Virus record (IMG/VR): IMGVR_UViG_2847593706_000001
Span: 1 to 64,000 of that record
Reading direction: 5' to 3' (one strand)
DNA length: 64,000 nt
Source of the DNA: a virus
Taxonomy: Duplodnaviria; Caudoviricetes
Below are positions 18,938 through 29,397 of the stretch, piece by piece (within the stretch, counting starts at the first letter, position 1; each line of letters opens with the position of its first letter). The notes beneath the pieces are model-generated. The model worked only from the letters and a program-made list of their open reading frames with translations, was not told the origin of the DNA and searched no databases. The position numbers and the translations under genes were made by a program.

Positions 18938-19327
18938 TTAGTCTCTTACTCCTTGATTATTTTTGTTTCCAAGCTGACCAGAAAGGGCAACACTGCCAAT
19001 ACTGTAAATACCTAAATCGGCTTTACATCCTTTGGTGCTGATCACAGTTCCCAGAATGTCAATACTTGATAAATTCAAACTTGAAATGTCTAACACAGCA
19101 TTTCCTGCATCTGCAGTAATTTGCCCGTGTTTTTCTTTTCCGTTTTTGTCGTAAACATGAATGTTTGCAACATTTAGATCATCACCTGCGCCAAATGTGG
19201 AAGCATCGGTGACCGTAGCTGTTTTGGCTGTTGCATCAACTACATAGTTGAGTTTTGCAACAAAACCGGTGCATTCGCAGCCCTCACAAAGGCCATTTTG
19301 TAGCACATCTTTTTCTAAGCCAGTCAT
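18938..19327 (-). CDS. Probable head decoration protein
   Basis: Beta-rich 129 aa between protease and capsid; CEGCEC near the N-terminus. Confidence 0.55.
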   Translation of the reverse strand: MTGLEKDVLQNGLCEGCECTGFVAKLNYVVDATAKTATVTDASTFGAGDDLNVANIHVYDKNGKEKHGQITADAGNAVLDISSLNLSSIDILGTVISTKGCKADLGIYSIGSVALSGQLGNKNNQGVRD

Positions 19328-19344
19328 ATTATTGTTTGTTATTA

Positions 19345-20481
19345 TTATTCAGAGAATCCAACATCATCTGCATCAAACTTGGATTCAGAATTTCCACCAT
19401 TATTTTTCGGCTTCGCCTGTCCCATATTCTTAGCAACTGTTTCTTCAATTTTTGTAACTCTGTTTTCAAAACCTTTGAAGTCTTCAGAATCTTTGAAGTT
19501 TTCAGGTTTAACATTTTCTTTCACAACATTTGTAATCTGTGCAATCATGTTTTCCGGAAATCCATTTTTGAAGAAATTTGTAAGTGCTGTACTTACTTGT
19601 TCATCAGTAGGGACTTTTGGTTCCATGTCAAAATCTTTCAAAGCATTGTTTAAAGCTGAAGTAAGGTTTTCAACTGTTAAAGGGTCCGTTTTATCACCTT
19701 TGTCATTTGGGACCAAATTCAGTGCTTTAAATGCATTTACAATAGCATCTGTTAATTTGTTCATATTTAAATTTTGAATTAATTTTTCAGGATCTTCCAC
19801 TGTTGGTGGAGTAGTGGCAAGAGAGTTAAATACATTTAATGCATTTTGATTTTTAAAATTCCAATCTGTCTTGTTAATAGGTTTAAATTCCTCTTTTTGG
19901 TCAGTTGTCGAACTAACAAAGCCGTTTTCAACTGCCTGTGTTCCGGTAAACCATGTTTCAGCATTCATCCATTCTTCAACCTGTTCTTTGGACTTTCCTG
20001 TTAGATTCACATAAAAATCCCTGATACTGTTATTGAAGTTTCTCAAGTTTTTAGCTTGTTTTTCCACCTCATTAACGTCTCCCCAGGCAAATCCGGAAAC
20101 ATTGTGTATCATGTACCAAGAATTAGGGGAAATTTTAGAGTTTTTTGCAGCCGATAGGGGATAGGTAGCAGCCGAACAGATCATTCCCATTCCAATAGTT
20201 TCAACAGCATATCCATCATTTTCAAGCTGCTGAATGAAATCATGCATTGCCATAGCATCCCCAATCTGTCCACCAAATGAATTGATTGTGATTCTGATGT
20301 TTTTTAAACCAGAATCAAGAATTTCTGAACGGAAGGACTTGAATGAAACTGAAGTCTGATCATTAAACCAATCTTGCAGGATCTCCTGGGTTTCGGCATC
20401 CACAATAGTTCCATCAATGAAGACATCAAGTCTTTCACCATTATTGGAAACTTTATAATTAAAAATTGGAATCTTTTTCAT
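19345..20481 (-). CDS. ClpP-type prohead protease with scaffold-like C-terminus
   Basis: INSFGG, CSAAT, MIHN, ETWFTGTQAVENGF. Confidence 0.9.
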   Translation of the reverse strand: MKKIPIFNYKVSNNGERLDVFIDGTIVDAETQEILQDWFNDQTSVSFKSFRSEILDSGLKNIRITINSFGGQIGDAMAMHDFIQQLENDGYAVETIGMGMICSAATYPLSAAKNSKISPNSWYMIHNVSGFAWGDVNEVEKQAKNLRNFNNSIRDFYVNLTGKSKEQVEEWMNAETWFTGTQAVENGFVSSTTDQKEEFKPINKTDWNFKNQNALNVFNSLATTPPTVEDPEKLIQNLNMNKLTDAIVNAFKALNLVPNDKGDKTDPLTVENLTSALNNALKDFDMEPKVPTDEQVSTALTNFFKNGFPENMIAQITNVVKENVKPENFKDSEDFKGFENRVTKIEETVAKNMGQAKPKNNGGNSESKFDADDVGFSE

Positions 20482-20499
20482 GCCTTAATTTATCAGTAA

Positions 20500-20571
20500 C
20501 AAAGATATTTTGAAAGATTTAAATATTGTTTTAAAAACAATAAAACCGTGCGAAATTCAGGCACGGTTTTT
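20500..20571 (-). promoter_or_regulatory. Head-operon control region: terminator hairpin, palindrome copy 2 and -7 box
   Basis: AAAACCGTGC...GCACGGTTTT hairpin (about 20542-20570), TATTGT-N7-ACAATA (20524-20542), TATCTTTG on the minus strand (20500-20507). Confidence 0.7.
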
Positions 20572-20575
20572 AATT

Positions 20576-20809
20576 TTACACTAAGCACCTTTCACAAATA
20601 TTCCTTACGGTTGATTTTGGAACTTTAAGTTTTTGAGATATCTGACCAAAGGTAAGGCCTTTTTTACGTTCTATGCAGGCTTTTAATTGAACCTGATTGA
20701 CTCCTGCATACATACAGAATTTATCAAAATCAGCAATTGCCATTTCTAGAGCAATATTTTTATAATCAGCACTAAGAGATGATTTGGGATTTGTCGTTGT
20801 TTCTTGCAT
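20576..20809 (-). CDS. Small HTH DNA-binding protein
   Basis: GLTFGQISQKLKVPKSTVRNIC helix-turn-helix. Confidence 0.75.
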   Translation of the reverse strand: MQETTTNPKSSLSADYKNIALEMAIADFDKFCMYAGVNQVQLKACIERKKGLTFGQISQKLKVPKSTVRNICERCLV

Positions 20810-21407
20810 TAATATTTTGTGTATTTGTTATTATTTTGGCACTGTCATTTAAAACTGCATTCACGTAAGATTCCGGCTGTAAATTAGATGTTGTGTAAGA
20901 GTTTCCCCATCCATTGAACATGAATGTACTTTTATCATTGCCATTTAAAGTTGTTTGAGAAGTATCTCTGGCAGTTAAGTAAGCGTAGGCCCATGAATTA
21001 GCTGTAACACTGATAACGGATCTTCTGTTTGATTCTATCTCAACCATAGAAGTATTATTCAAGGTAATATATGCTCTTGCAGCATAAGTTATAACCCTGC
21101 AACGGGAAGAATTATTTTGTGTCAAGTTTAATGTACCATTTTCCAACAAGATAATATCTGTGTTCATATCTGACAAAGTTACCTCCCGGTTATAAAATCC
21201 TTCAGATTCCAAATCATCTACTGGGAAATATTGGATTAAATCCCGGAAACCATTATTAAATATCCATCGATAGTTTCCTTCAGACTTGACTATTCTTAGA
21301 ATATCAATGTATGACTGTGCTTTTACAAAAAGAAAGAAAAGTTTGTTAATTTCAATCTTCCTTTGGCTATCTATAATCAAATATTTTAATTCTTCAAATG
21401 TCATCAT
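20772..21407 (-). CDS. Hypothetical protein with ~10-aa beta-solenoid repeats
   Basis: Periodic S-x-x-hydrophobic repeats in the C-terminal half. Confidence 0.7.
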   Translation of the reverse strand: MMTFEELKYLIIDSQRKIEINKLFFLFVKAQSYIDILRIVKSEGNYRWIFNNGFRDLIQYFPVDDLESEGFYNREVTLSDMNTDIILLENGTLNLTQNNSSRCRVITYAARAYITLNNTSMVEIESNRRSVISVTANSWAYAYLTARDTSQTTLNGNDKSTFMFNGWGNSYTTSNLQPESYVNAVLNDSAKIITNTQNINARNNDKSQIIS

Positions 21408-24400
21408 AATGTTGCGATTTCAGATTGTTTTTTTGATTCATTTTGCGAGTTCGTAATATCTCTTTGGACAACATATGTTTTTCTCATAGATTCCTTTTTT
21501 TGAATAGCTGCCAATTCTTCGATACTTTGTTCAATTCTATCAAGTCGGTCAAGGTTGCCAGTGTTTCCGAATGTACTACTTGCTTTTTCATAATAGCTTC
21601 TAAATATGGGGGGCTGTAGATTACTTCCCAGATACGTTCCTCCTTTCATGAATTTCTTCATTGTTGCTCCACCATCCCAATCTACTCCCCCACCAATGGA
21701 GTTGATTTTACTTGCAATTTGGGAGGGCGTTCCGGTGACTGTATATGTACTTTGGTCCTTCATGGAATTTTTGTTGATGATAGCTTCATCTTTTTCAATA
21801 AAAGCTTCTACCTCATTTGTTTTTGGATTAATGATGGGCATTCCGTTATTTTCAGAATGGTAAGAACCATTGTCCAAGCGTCCACCTGTACCAAATCTTT
21901 TTTTAAACTGTCCACCAAAACCATATTGAACTTTGTCTATATTAGCCATAGTGGAAGCAAATCTGACTGTGGCTAGTGTTGATAGAATTGCACCGAATAT
22001 TGGCCCTGCGATTGGCCCTAATTGCATTACAGTACTCCAAATGTTACCAAGTTCTACTAAAAAGGCAATTCGAGCTTCAGCTTTCTTAGTTTTTTTCAAC
22101 TTCTCTCCGGCTTCCTTATCTGCTTTTTTCTTTTTCTCATTGGCTTGTCGTTCAATGCTTTCTCTTTCAGATGATGATTGAGCAAATCTTTGAAGTTGCT
22201 GGGTTTCAATGTCAATACGTTCATATGCTAATTGTTTACTCTGTTCAATTCTGGCACGTTCTGCGTCAAAATAATCATTCATAGCCTGTTGCGCTATATT
22301 AAATGATTCAGCAATGACAAGTCCTGCCTGTTCAGAATAATCCTTATCACCAATCATAAATTTTCCATCCTTGCCAGAGATAGATTTTGTAAGAGATGAG
22401 GCTAGTCCTGAAACACCACTTCCAGGAATCCCAGAAGAGACTGTTGATTTTGAATCTTTATAATTTTGTTCCGCTTCAGCCTTTTGTCCCTCTAATTTTT
22501 GCCTTTCTTTTAGCAGCTTATTGAACTCTCTCATCTCATCATTATTCAGTTCACGCTTTTGCATTTCAAGTTCTAAAAGCCTTATTTTGGCAATGACACT
22601 TCCTAATTCCGCATTAGTATTTTGTAATTCCAATCGTGCAGAAATTTTTTGAAGTTCAATTTTTTTCTGTGCATTACTAAGCTCTTTGCTTTGTAAAACT
22701 AGTTTTCTGTCAGAAGCTGATAACATTTCGTTTGAGTTGGCCAAATCTTCTGTTGTTTCATCCACTACTTTAAAAGAAACTCTTGTAGCTTTTATACGGT
22801 ATTCACGATTATTTTTATTCTCAGCATCTAATTTTTCTTTGACAGCTCGAAATAAACTATTTGTTTCTTCTATGGAACCTTTAGAATATTGAGATTGTAA
22901 ATCCAGTAGTTTCTGATTATAACTAATCTGCATACTTGTACTTTCTTCATAATATGATTTTTCAGCATCTAATTTTTCTTGTTCATTAGAATAAGGGGAA
23001 TTAATAACAAGGTCTCTTTTCTTCACTATTGCATCCTCTTCATTTTTCAATTCATCATCAAATCTTTTTTTGGTAATGTTATACAACTTTTCATTAGTTT
23101 CCTTTGTAGCCTTTATTTTGTCCAATTGAGCTTGTGATTCCTGCTTTCTTTCTTCTGCATTTCCTTTCTTCAAATACGCAATCTTAGCATCATAGTATTT
23201 ATTGTTACTTGCTAGACTTTTTTTAAGATAATCATCTTCCTGAATAGATCCCTGCATAAAAGACTTTTCCAAGACTGATAATTCATTATTTTTATTAGCT
23301 TCAAGATCTCTAATATAATCTTTCTGTGTTCCCGTTAATCTCGACCCTTTGTCTGAAGCTTTTTTTTCGGTTTTGGTAAGGGAATCAAGATAGGCTTGCT
23401 TTTGTTTAATTTGTTTGTCAAGTTCATTATACCTTTTAGATCCGATTTCAGCTGCATCAAATTCAGCTGTTAAAGCTTGTATTTCTTCTCTTAAAGCAGC
23501 TAATGTTCTTGATGGAACACTACTACCTTTATTTTCAGTGAATCCATTAGTTGTCCCCTTGGCAACATTTTGCACTTGCTCTTTTGTTAAAGTATTTATT
23601 TGCTTTTGAAGATCAATCCTCTCCTTTAGATTATTATTATAAACATCTTCAGCATCACCAGGGCCAATTCCAATCATTCCACCAACACCACGAGCGAATT
23701 CACCCCAAGATCGGCTGTCAAAAACCTTGTTTTTATATTTATCTGCTTCAAGTTTTGCATTGGCATCATCAGTTGCCTTCATCTCAAGCTCAACCAATTT
23801 TTTTTGCTTTTCCTGAACAAGTGATTCAACAGCTTTTGCCCTGGCAACTTCAAGAATCTTTTTCCGGTAGGCCTCAAGAATTTTTGTTCCTTCAGCTGTT
23901 TTAACATTTTCGAGAGTAAGAGCATTTAAATATTGAGGATTAATATTAATTAGCTCTTGAAGTGCAATTTTTTTTGTGCTTAATGCAATAGTATTATCCT
24001 TTAAAATACGGGTTAAGATCTCAATTTTGGCTATGGTATCAACTGTTGCGTCAGTAACTTTTTTGGTTAATTCAGAATTCAACTTCATGTCCATTGCAGA
24101 TTGTTTCATTGCATTTCCTTGTTTCTTCATACTTTCAGCACTGGATTCTGTTCTTGCACTTAGTAAAGCAATTGCACCTCCTAATGCAATTATACCCCCT
24201 AGAATCCAACCAATGGGCGTGGTAGCCATAGCAATGTTAAGGGATATCCATGCGGCTCTTAATCCTGGAATTACGCTATAAAATAGAACTACTGTTGCAT
24301 TTAATACTCTCCATGCTGCATTGGCTGCAAGTAAAGCTAAAGTCTGAGCTCTGATAAGAATATTGGAAGCAGTGATTAAGGCATTTCCAATAACAGTTCT

Positions 24401-26383
24401 GGCAGCATAAACAATTGTTTGTGAAATTGAAACTGCTAAGGCTTCAATGTTTTTCCAATAAGCTAAAGTTAAAAGAGTTATTAAAGTAATCCATCCAGTC
24501 AAAGGAATAGCCCCAATTGCGCCTGTAATTGCAGTAATTAAGACAATGGCACCTCGTAAAAAAGCTTGTAGATTTTTATTATTACCCATATCGGTAAAAC
24601 TCTTTTTAAGTTTGTCCATCCCAGCAGCGAGGTTTTGATTTTTTTTATCAAAAGCATCTGTAATATTGGAAGTATCCTTGTATGCATCACCTGCACTTTT
24701 AATACTTTTTCTGAATGTTTCTGAGTTCTTTCCAAGTACACCTAATGCTGTGACAATCCCAGCTCCACCTTTTTTAGCAAGTTCAGAATCTCCAAGAGAT
24801 TGAATCAATTCTTCAATTCCAGCCTTATCTTTAGTAATTCCTTCTGCAACACGAATAAGTGCTTCAGCTGGATTAGTATTTATTAAGTCAGAAAATTCTT
24901 TCTTTGTCATTTTTGCAAACTTTGCAAACTTCTCTGTATCACTTGCTAGTTTTGGAATGATTCGAACCAATGCAGTAGAAGATGTTTCCGCAGATTGTCC
25001 ATATTGCTCAAATCCGGAGGCTAGACCAAGAACCGCTGGCAATGTTATTTCTGATATTCCCTTTAAACCGGCCATCCTTTTTGCAAAATCATTCAGAAAT
25101 GGAACAGAAGCAACAGATTCATTTGCGAGCGTACGCACAGCATTACCAGTTCTTAACATTTGCTGCTCAGTAACTCTTCCATTTTCAAAAACGTTGATGA
25201 GTTTCACCAAACTTTCGGTACCGGTTTCAACATCACCGAAATCTTTACCAAAAGCTGTTTTTATCTTATCAATACCGGAAACAACGCCTGCAAGATCATT
25301 TTCATCAACTCCTGCTTTGATAGCAATATTTCCAATGTTAACTAATTCTTTTAGATTTGTTCTGGTGTCGAGTTGTGCTAGTTTATCAACAAGACTTTGA
25401 GCGCCACCAGCAGCCTTTTGAAGCTCTACCTCCATTGAAGTAACACTATCACTTAGCTCATAAGTATTTTGAACCAATTCTTGAGTTTTGGCAATTGCAG
25501 TATTAAAAGAAAGATATCCAACTAAAAAGCCAGTGATTTCCCCTTTAAGGTTCTTAAAATAATTTTTAAGGTTATTCGTCACCTGCGCCCCAATAGTCCC
25601 TGTATTCCTTAAATCTGTTTGAATTCGATTGATTGCGCTTGAAAATTGGGAAGCTGCATTTCTGTTTTCAATAATTTCTCTCTGAATAGCTTCAAGGTCT
25701 CCAGTTCCATTTGTCTTAACTGCATCAAGTTTATTTTTCAATACGGACAATTCGGCATCAAGGTCCCTAACTCTATTTTTAGCCTCATTAAGTTGGGTGG
25801 CAATAACATTACCAAGACCGGACTTAACCAATGATTCAAGAGTATTTTTATTTAAACCTTGCAACATTTGATTTCCGGGATAATTACCAACATTTCTTTG
25901 AAACTGGCCAAGGCGTGATTCAATCTGCTTCACTTTACTATCTAATGCGGTAACTTCAGCCTGTGCAGTTTTGAATTCTGAAGAATCGATTCCAAATTTT
26001 ACCCCTAAATTTTTAGCATTAGTTCTGGCTTCATTTAATTGTTTAAGAAGTAGTTTCCATTCGCTCGTGCTATTACGGGTTTCTTCACGAGATCTTTTTT
26101 GTTCTGCAGTTTGTTGTTTGTTGGCATTATTGAGTGCTAAAGTCTCGTTTTTAAGACGGATGGTCTCCTGTCTCAGGCGTTCGGTTTCCAGTTTTGCCTG
26201 ATTCATTTCTTCCTTATACTTTGTAGCATCTCCAGAAGAAAGGCCACCTTGAGAAATCAAATCCTTAAGCTGCTTCCATCTTTTTCTCGCATCATCAAAT
26301 TCTTTATTGACCTTTTTCATGTCTGCAAGAACAACACCTTGCCCTTGAAGTTTTACTTCATATATTTTGGTAATATTAGCCAT
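21404..26383 (-). CDS. Tail tape measure protein (1659 aa)
   Basis: Long helical/coiled-coil ORF with QRNVGNY motif and a central hydrophobic segment. Confidence 0.92.
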   Translation of the reverse strand: MANITKIYEVKLQGQGVVLADMKKVNKEFDDARKRWKQLKDLISQGGLSSGDATKYKEEMNQAKLETERLRQETIRLKNETLALNNANKQQTAEQKRSREETRNSTSEWKLLLKQLNEARTNAKNLGVKFGIDSSEFKTAQAEVTALDSKVKQIESRLGQFQRNVGNYPGNQMLQGLNKNTLESLVKSGLGNVIATQLNEAKNRVRDLDAELSVLKNKLDAVKTNGTGDLEAIQREIIENRNAASQFSSAINRIQTDLRNTGTIGAQVTNNLKNYFKNLKGEITGFLVGYLSFNTAIAKTQELVQNTYELSDSVTSMEVELQKAAGGAQSLVDKLAQLDTRTNLKELVNIGNIAIKAGVDENDLAGVVSGIDKIKTAFGKDFGDVETGTESLVKLINVFENGRVTEQQMLRTGNAVRTLANESVASVPFLNDFAKRMAGLKGISEITLPAVLGLASGFEQYGQSAETSSTALVRIIPKLASDTEKFAKFAKMTKKEFSDLINTNPAEALIRVAEGITKDKAGIEELIQSLGDSELAKKGGAGIVTALGVLGKNSETFRKSIKSAGDAYKDTSNITDAFDKKNQNLAAGMDKLKKSFTDMGNNKNLQAFLRGAIVLITAITGAIGAIPLTGWITLITLLTLAYWKNIEALAVSISQTIVYAARTVIGNALITASNILIRAQTLALLAANAAWRVLNATVVLFYSVIPGLRAAWISLNIAMATTPIGWILGGIIALGGAIALLSARTESSAESMKKQGNAMKQSAMDMKLNSELTKKVTDATVDTIAKIEILTRILKDNTIALSTKKIALQELININPQYLNALTLENVKTAEGTKILEAYRKKILEVARAKAVESLVQEKQKKLVELEMKATDDANAKLEADKYKNKVFDSRSWGEFARGVGGMIGIGPGDAEDVYNNNLKERIDLQKQINTLTKEQVQNVAKGTTNGFTENKGSSVPSRTLAALREEIQALTAEFDAAEIGSKRYNELDKQIKQKQAYLDSLTKTEKKASDKGSRLTGTQKDYIRDLEANKNNELSVLEKSFMQGSIQEDDYLKKSLASNNKYYDAKIAYLKKGNAEERKQESQAQLDKIKATKETNEKLYNITKKRFDDELKNEEDAIVKKRDLVINSPYSNEQEKLDAEKSYYEESTSMQISYNQKLLDLQSQYSKGSIEETNSLFRAVKEKLDAENKNNREYRIKATRVSFKVVDETTEDLANSNEMLSASDRKLVLQSKELSNAQKKIELQKISARLELQNTNAELGSVIAKIRLLELEMQKRELNNDEMREFNKLLKERQKLEGQKAEAEQNYKDSKSTVSSGIPGSGVSGLASSLTKSISGKDGKFMIGDKDYSEQAGLVIAESFNIAQQAMNDYFDAERARIEQSKQLAYERIDIETQQLQRFAQSSSERESIERQANEKKKKADKEAGEKLKKTKKAEARIAFLVELGNIWSTVMQLGPIAGPIFGAILSTLATVRFASTMANIDKVQYGFGGQFKKRFGTGGRLDNGSYHSENNGMPIINPKTNEVEAFIEKDEAIINKNSMKDQSTYTVTGTPSQIASKINSIGGGVDWDGGATMKKFMKGGTYLGSNLQPPIFRSYYEKASSTFGNTGNLDRLDRIEQSIEELAAIQKKESMRKTYVVQRDITNSQNESKKQSEIATL

Positions 26384-26386
26384 ATT

Positions 26387-26405
26387 TATTGTTTTAAAGA
26401 CAATA
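26387..26405. promoter_or_regulatory. TATTGT-N7-ACAATA palindrome, copy 3
   Basis: TATTGTTTTAAAGACAATA a few nt upstream of the tape measure ATG. Confidence 0.65.
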
Positions 26406-26422
26406 TTTTACTTTAAAAATTT

Positions 26423-28804
26423 TTATCGCGGAATATCTGTATACAAGCACATTAATCGGTTGTATTGCGTGTCAAATACTTTATCAATAATTGTATTGTC
26501 AGTGTTACTAATCGGTTCAGTCAAAACTTCGACAGCATCTGTCAAAATGCTTTTTTCACTTGGATATGTATTTTTATTTTCTCTCTCAGAAACCGGCACC
26601 CATTTTCTCAACAAACATCCGGTTGAAGTATCTTTTAATGCCTTATAGCCATCAATTTTAATAAGTTCAAACAATTCACCATGTATGGCAATTCTTTCAC
26701 GATGAAACCAGTTTGTTACATCTTTGTTTGTCATATCCATGTAAGTGTTTAGTTGCCTTCCATCATTCATTATCGCTAATCTTTGCCAGAAGAATCTTTT
26801 AATTAATCCACGACCTAAGACATAGCTTCCAGAATCACCAATCTTTTCATCTGTATAGGAAAGGATAGGATCATTTTCACCACCTTTTTTATAGTTTACA
26901 GCGAATAGATAAGGGAAATCATTATAAGTTGTAATTGAACCATCATTGTCCTTAAATCTCCAGCCTCCAACACCAGAAACACGACCTTTATAATATGCTG
27001 TTTTTGGCGAAAATGTATTTTGAGATTCACCACTTGAAGTATTTGAAATGTTTTCTGGAACCATACAAATTATTTGTGGTGCTTGACCTGTCACATCTGA
27101 AAAATCGTCGACATTAAAGTGCATAGTAGGTGAATAGAATCTATTTTCATACTCTTTTTTTTCTGCCTTAAATCTCTCAGAAAATAAATATTTACCGCTT
27201 GCAAGTGTGATTTTATACCGGTCTTGAACAATTTTCAATGCTCCATCATTAGAATCATCTTTAAACTTAAATACGAATTCTCTTGCGTTGTTGTTGTAGA
27301 TTTCAACATGACTTTCTTTAGAAATATCTTCTTTATAAGTCCAATCAATCACATTGCCGTTGAAATAACCTTTCTTTTTTTGTGATTGATCATGAGTAAT
27401 AGAATATTCATGAGTAGGTTCAATCAGTACTTCCTTGTTTACAGGATCTGTTTGAAATGATAGATTGTATAAATCAACTTCACCTCTTAGAAAATCTAAA
27501 AATTTATGTTTTTGAAATGGCAGGTAAGAATCAAAAGAAACATTACCTCCCAACGGAATTTTGAAGTATTCAATTTGAAATTGGTCAACCTTAAGAGTAC
27601 ATCTAGCAACAGTTGCTGTTTTACTTTCTTTTACTCTTAGTTTTACTTTACAGATTACTTCGTCATTTGGCTGAACAAGAGTTGAGAAAAATACATTTGC
27701 AACATCACTTCCTTCTGTACTTCCAACGGTCGGGGCTTGGTGATCAAAAATTTGATTCTGTTGTTTCTGCACCATTCCCGAAGCATTTTTCTGATACCAA
27801 AACACATTTAGTTCTACAATGGAAGACAGATCTATTTTATAATCATAGAAAAGCTGTAAAGAAAACGTTACTTCTAAGGGGCCATAATGAGGCGTCTTAT
27901 ATTGCCAAACCATATCTGTACCACCTCCATGTTCATCATTACCCCGATAATCTCCACCAGGAACAGTGTTGTTATTATCAAAACACGGTGTTGGGGTATC
28001 TCTTACATTCAGATCAACAAAATCATCCATTTCCTCAAATCTCCTTTCAATATCACTTTTTGCTAAAAACTTGTGTATATCATACTTTGTTCCTCCGGAT
28101 GTAAGGAAATTTCCAAAAGTCCACAAAAGAACTTGTCTGCGATAAAACGATGAATCAAAAAAATCAGATTTTATTTTATATCCAAACATTTTAAAAGCCC
28201 AGTAAGTAATGAAGTACTTTGATAGAGATGGTCTAAAATTCTTTATATGATAACTCTTATCATTATTGTCTTGAAGATCTAAAGGAGCGGCATATTTGAC
28301 GGGTGCAAATACATATGGAAGATTCTCATCTGTTCCATCAAAATTCCAAGAATTAATAATCGTGTTTTTATCAAATATTAATTGTAAATCTTTTAATATT
28401 TCAAATAATGTCAGTTCCTTCATATCAATAATCCAGTCACCATTGTTTCCAAAAGCATCAATTTCATAAGATGTTGGCTTATTTGCCTTTCTGAAAGCTT
28501 TTTTTGGTAATGCTTTTCCTATAAATATTTCATCACCATTTGCCTCAATCACAATTCTTCTCATTCCTTTAAAAAATTCATTAGGCGTTAAATCTTCTAC
28601 TGAAGTATTATGGAATGTATTTAGGATTTTTTGATTACTTTGTGTTGCTGGAAGTTTAATTCCAGTTGATTCACTGCTTTTTTTAGCTTGGAAATTCTCA
28701 ACATCTTCCAGTTGATAATCTATAGCAATAGGGAAATCAGAATTGGTGTCAATATCCAATTCCTCATTATCTAAAATAAGTCTTAAATAGTCACCTCCTG
28801 CCAT
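26423..28804 (-). CDS. Tail tip/hub protein (793 aa)
   Basis: N-terminal ELDID...IKLPATQSNQKIL and IDWTYKED patterns like Bacteroidota tail tip proteins. Confidence 0.7.
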   Translation of the reverse strand: MAGGDYLRLILDNEELDIDTNSDFPIAIDYQLEDVENFQAKKSSESTGIKLPATQSNQKILNTFHNTSVEDLTPNEFFKGMRRIVIEANGDEIFIGKALPKKAFRKANKPTSYEIDAFGNNGDWIIDMKELTLFEILKDLQLIFDKNTIINSWNFDGTDENLPYVFAPVKYAAPLDLQDNNDKSYHIKNFRPSLSKYFITYWAFKMFGYKIKSDFFDSSFYRRQVLLWTFGNFLTSGGTKYDIHKFLAKSDIERRFEEMDDFVDLNVRDTPTPCFDNNNTVPGGDYRGNDEHGGGTDMVWQYKTPHYGPLEVTFSLQLFYDYKIDLSSIVELNVFWYQKNASGMVQKQQNQIFDHQAPTVGSTEGSDVANVFFSTLVQPNDEVICKVKLRVKESKTATVARCTLKVDQFQIEYFKIPLGGNVSFDSYLPFQKHKFLDFLRGEVDLYNLSFQTDPVNKEVLIEPTHEYSITHDQSQKKKGYFNGNVIDWTYKEDISKESHVEIYNNNAREFVFKFKDDSNDGALKIVQDRYKITLASGKYLFSERFKAEKKEYENRFYSPTMHFNVDDFSDVTGQAPQIICMVPENISNTSSGESQNTFSPKTAYYKGRVSGVGGWRFKDNDGSITTYNDFPYLFAVNYKKGGENDPILSYTDEKIGDSGSYVLGRGLIKRFFWQRLAIMNDGRQLNTYMDMTNKDVTNWFHRERIAIHGELFELIKIDGYKALKDTSTGCLLRKWVPVSERENKNTYPSEKSILTDAVEVLTEPISNTDNTIIDKVFDTQYNRLMCLYTDIPR

Positions 28805-29385
28805 TATCTTAATGTTACATTATCATTACTCATTGTAAACTTGATTTTAACAATGTATTCATATCTTCTTTCATTCTTACGAGTAATCAATTTCAAATCT
28901 GCAATTTCAATGGGTATAAACTCTTTTTTGATACTTTCCTTGAATCCGTTTGGAAGATTTAATTCTATCCATGATTTCGGTGTGTTCATCAAGTCTTTAA
29001 ACCAATATTGATCAGATTCACCGTAACATCTCGTTTCAACTTCGTATGTTTCATTTGAGGTTATATTTTTTCTATAACTCCCTCCTTTAGATCGATCTAA
29101 AGGAAACTTCAGAGACTTTTCCCACGACTCAGATTTTGTTTCAGTTTCTTCAAGAACTCGAATGAAGTTTACGGAATCAATCTCACCAAATGAGTTAATG
29201 AAATGTATTCTTACCTTATCATCAAGACAGCAACAATCAACTTTATTAATGCGGCTTTCTGCTATGGTAGAACTATTATTCCCTTTGACAACTATGGAGT
29301 ACTCTACTATTTTTGACCAATCAATTTGCGGAAATAATGGTTTTAGGTTTGTTACTCCTTCCGGTATATAATATATATTGTTCAT
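28804..29385 (-). CDS. Distal tail-like protein
   Basis: RIHFINSFGEIDSVNF motif; TAATG coupling to the tip gene; contains DCCCLD. Confidence 0.6.
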   Translation of the reverse strand: MNNIYYIPEGVTNLKPLFPQIDWSKIVEYSIVVKGNNSSTIAESRINKVDCCCLDDKVRIHFINSFGEIDSVNFIRVLEETETKSESWEKSLKFPLDRSKGGSYRKNITSNETYEVETRCYGESDQYWFKDLMNTPKSWIELNLPNGFKESIKKEFIPIEIADLKLITRKNERRYEYIVKIKFTMSNDNVTLR

Positions 29386-29397
29386 ATTGAAGTCATT

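Noticed and set aside
21606-26648. Many plus-strand ORFs over the tape measure and other phage genes (also 48948-49835)
   Set aside because: Antisense shadows of long coding genes with no recognisable motifs.
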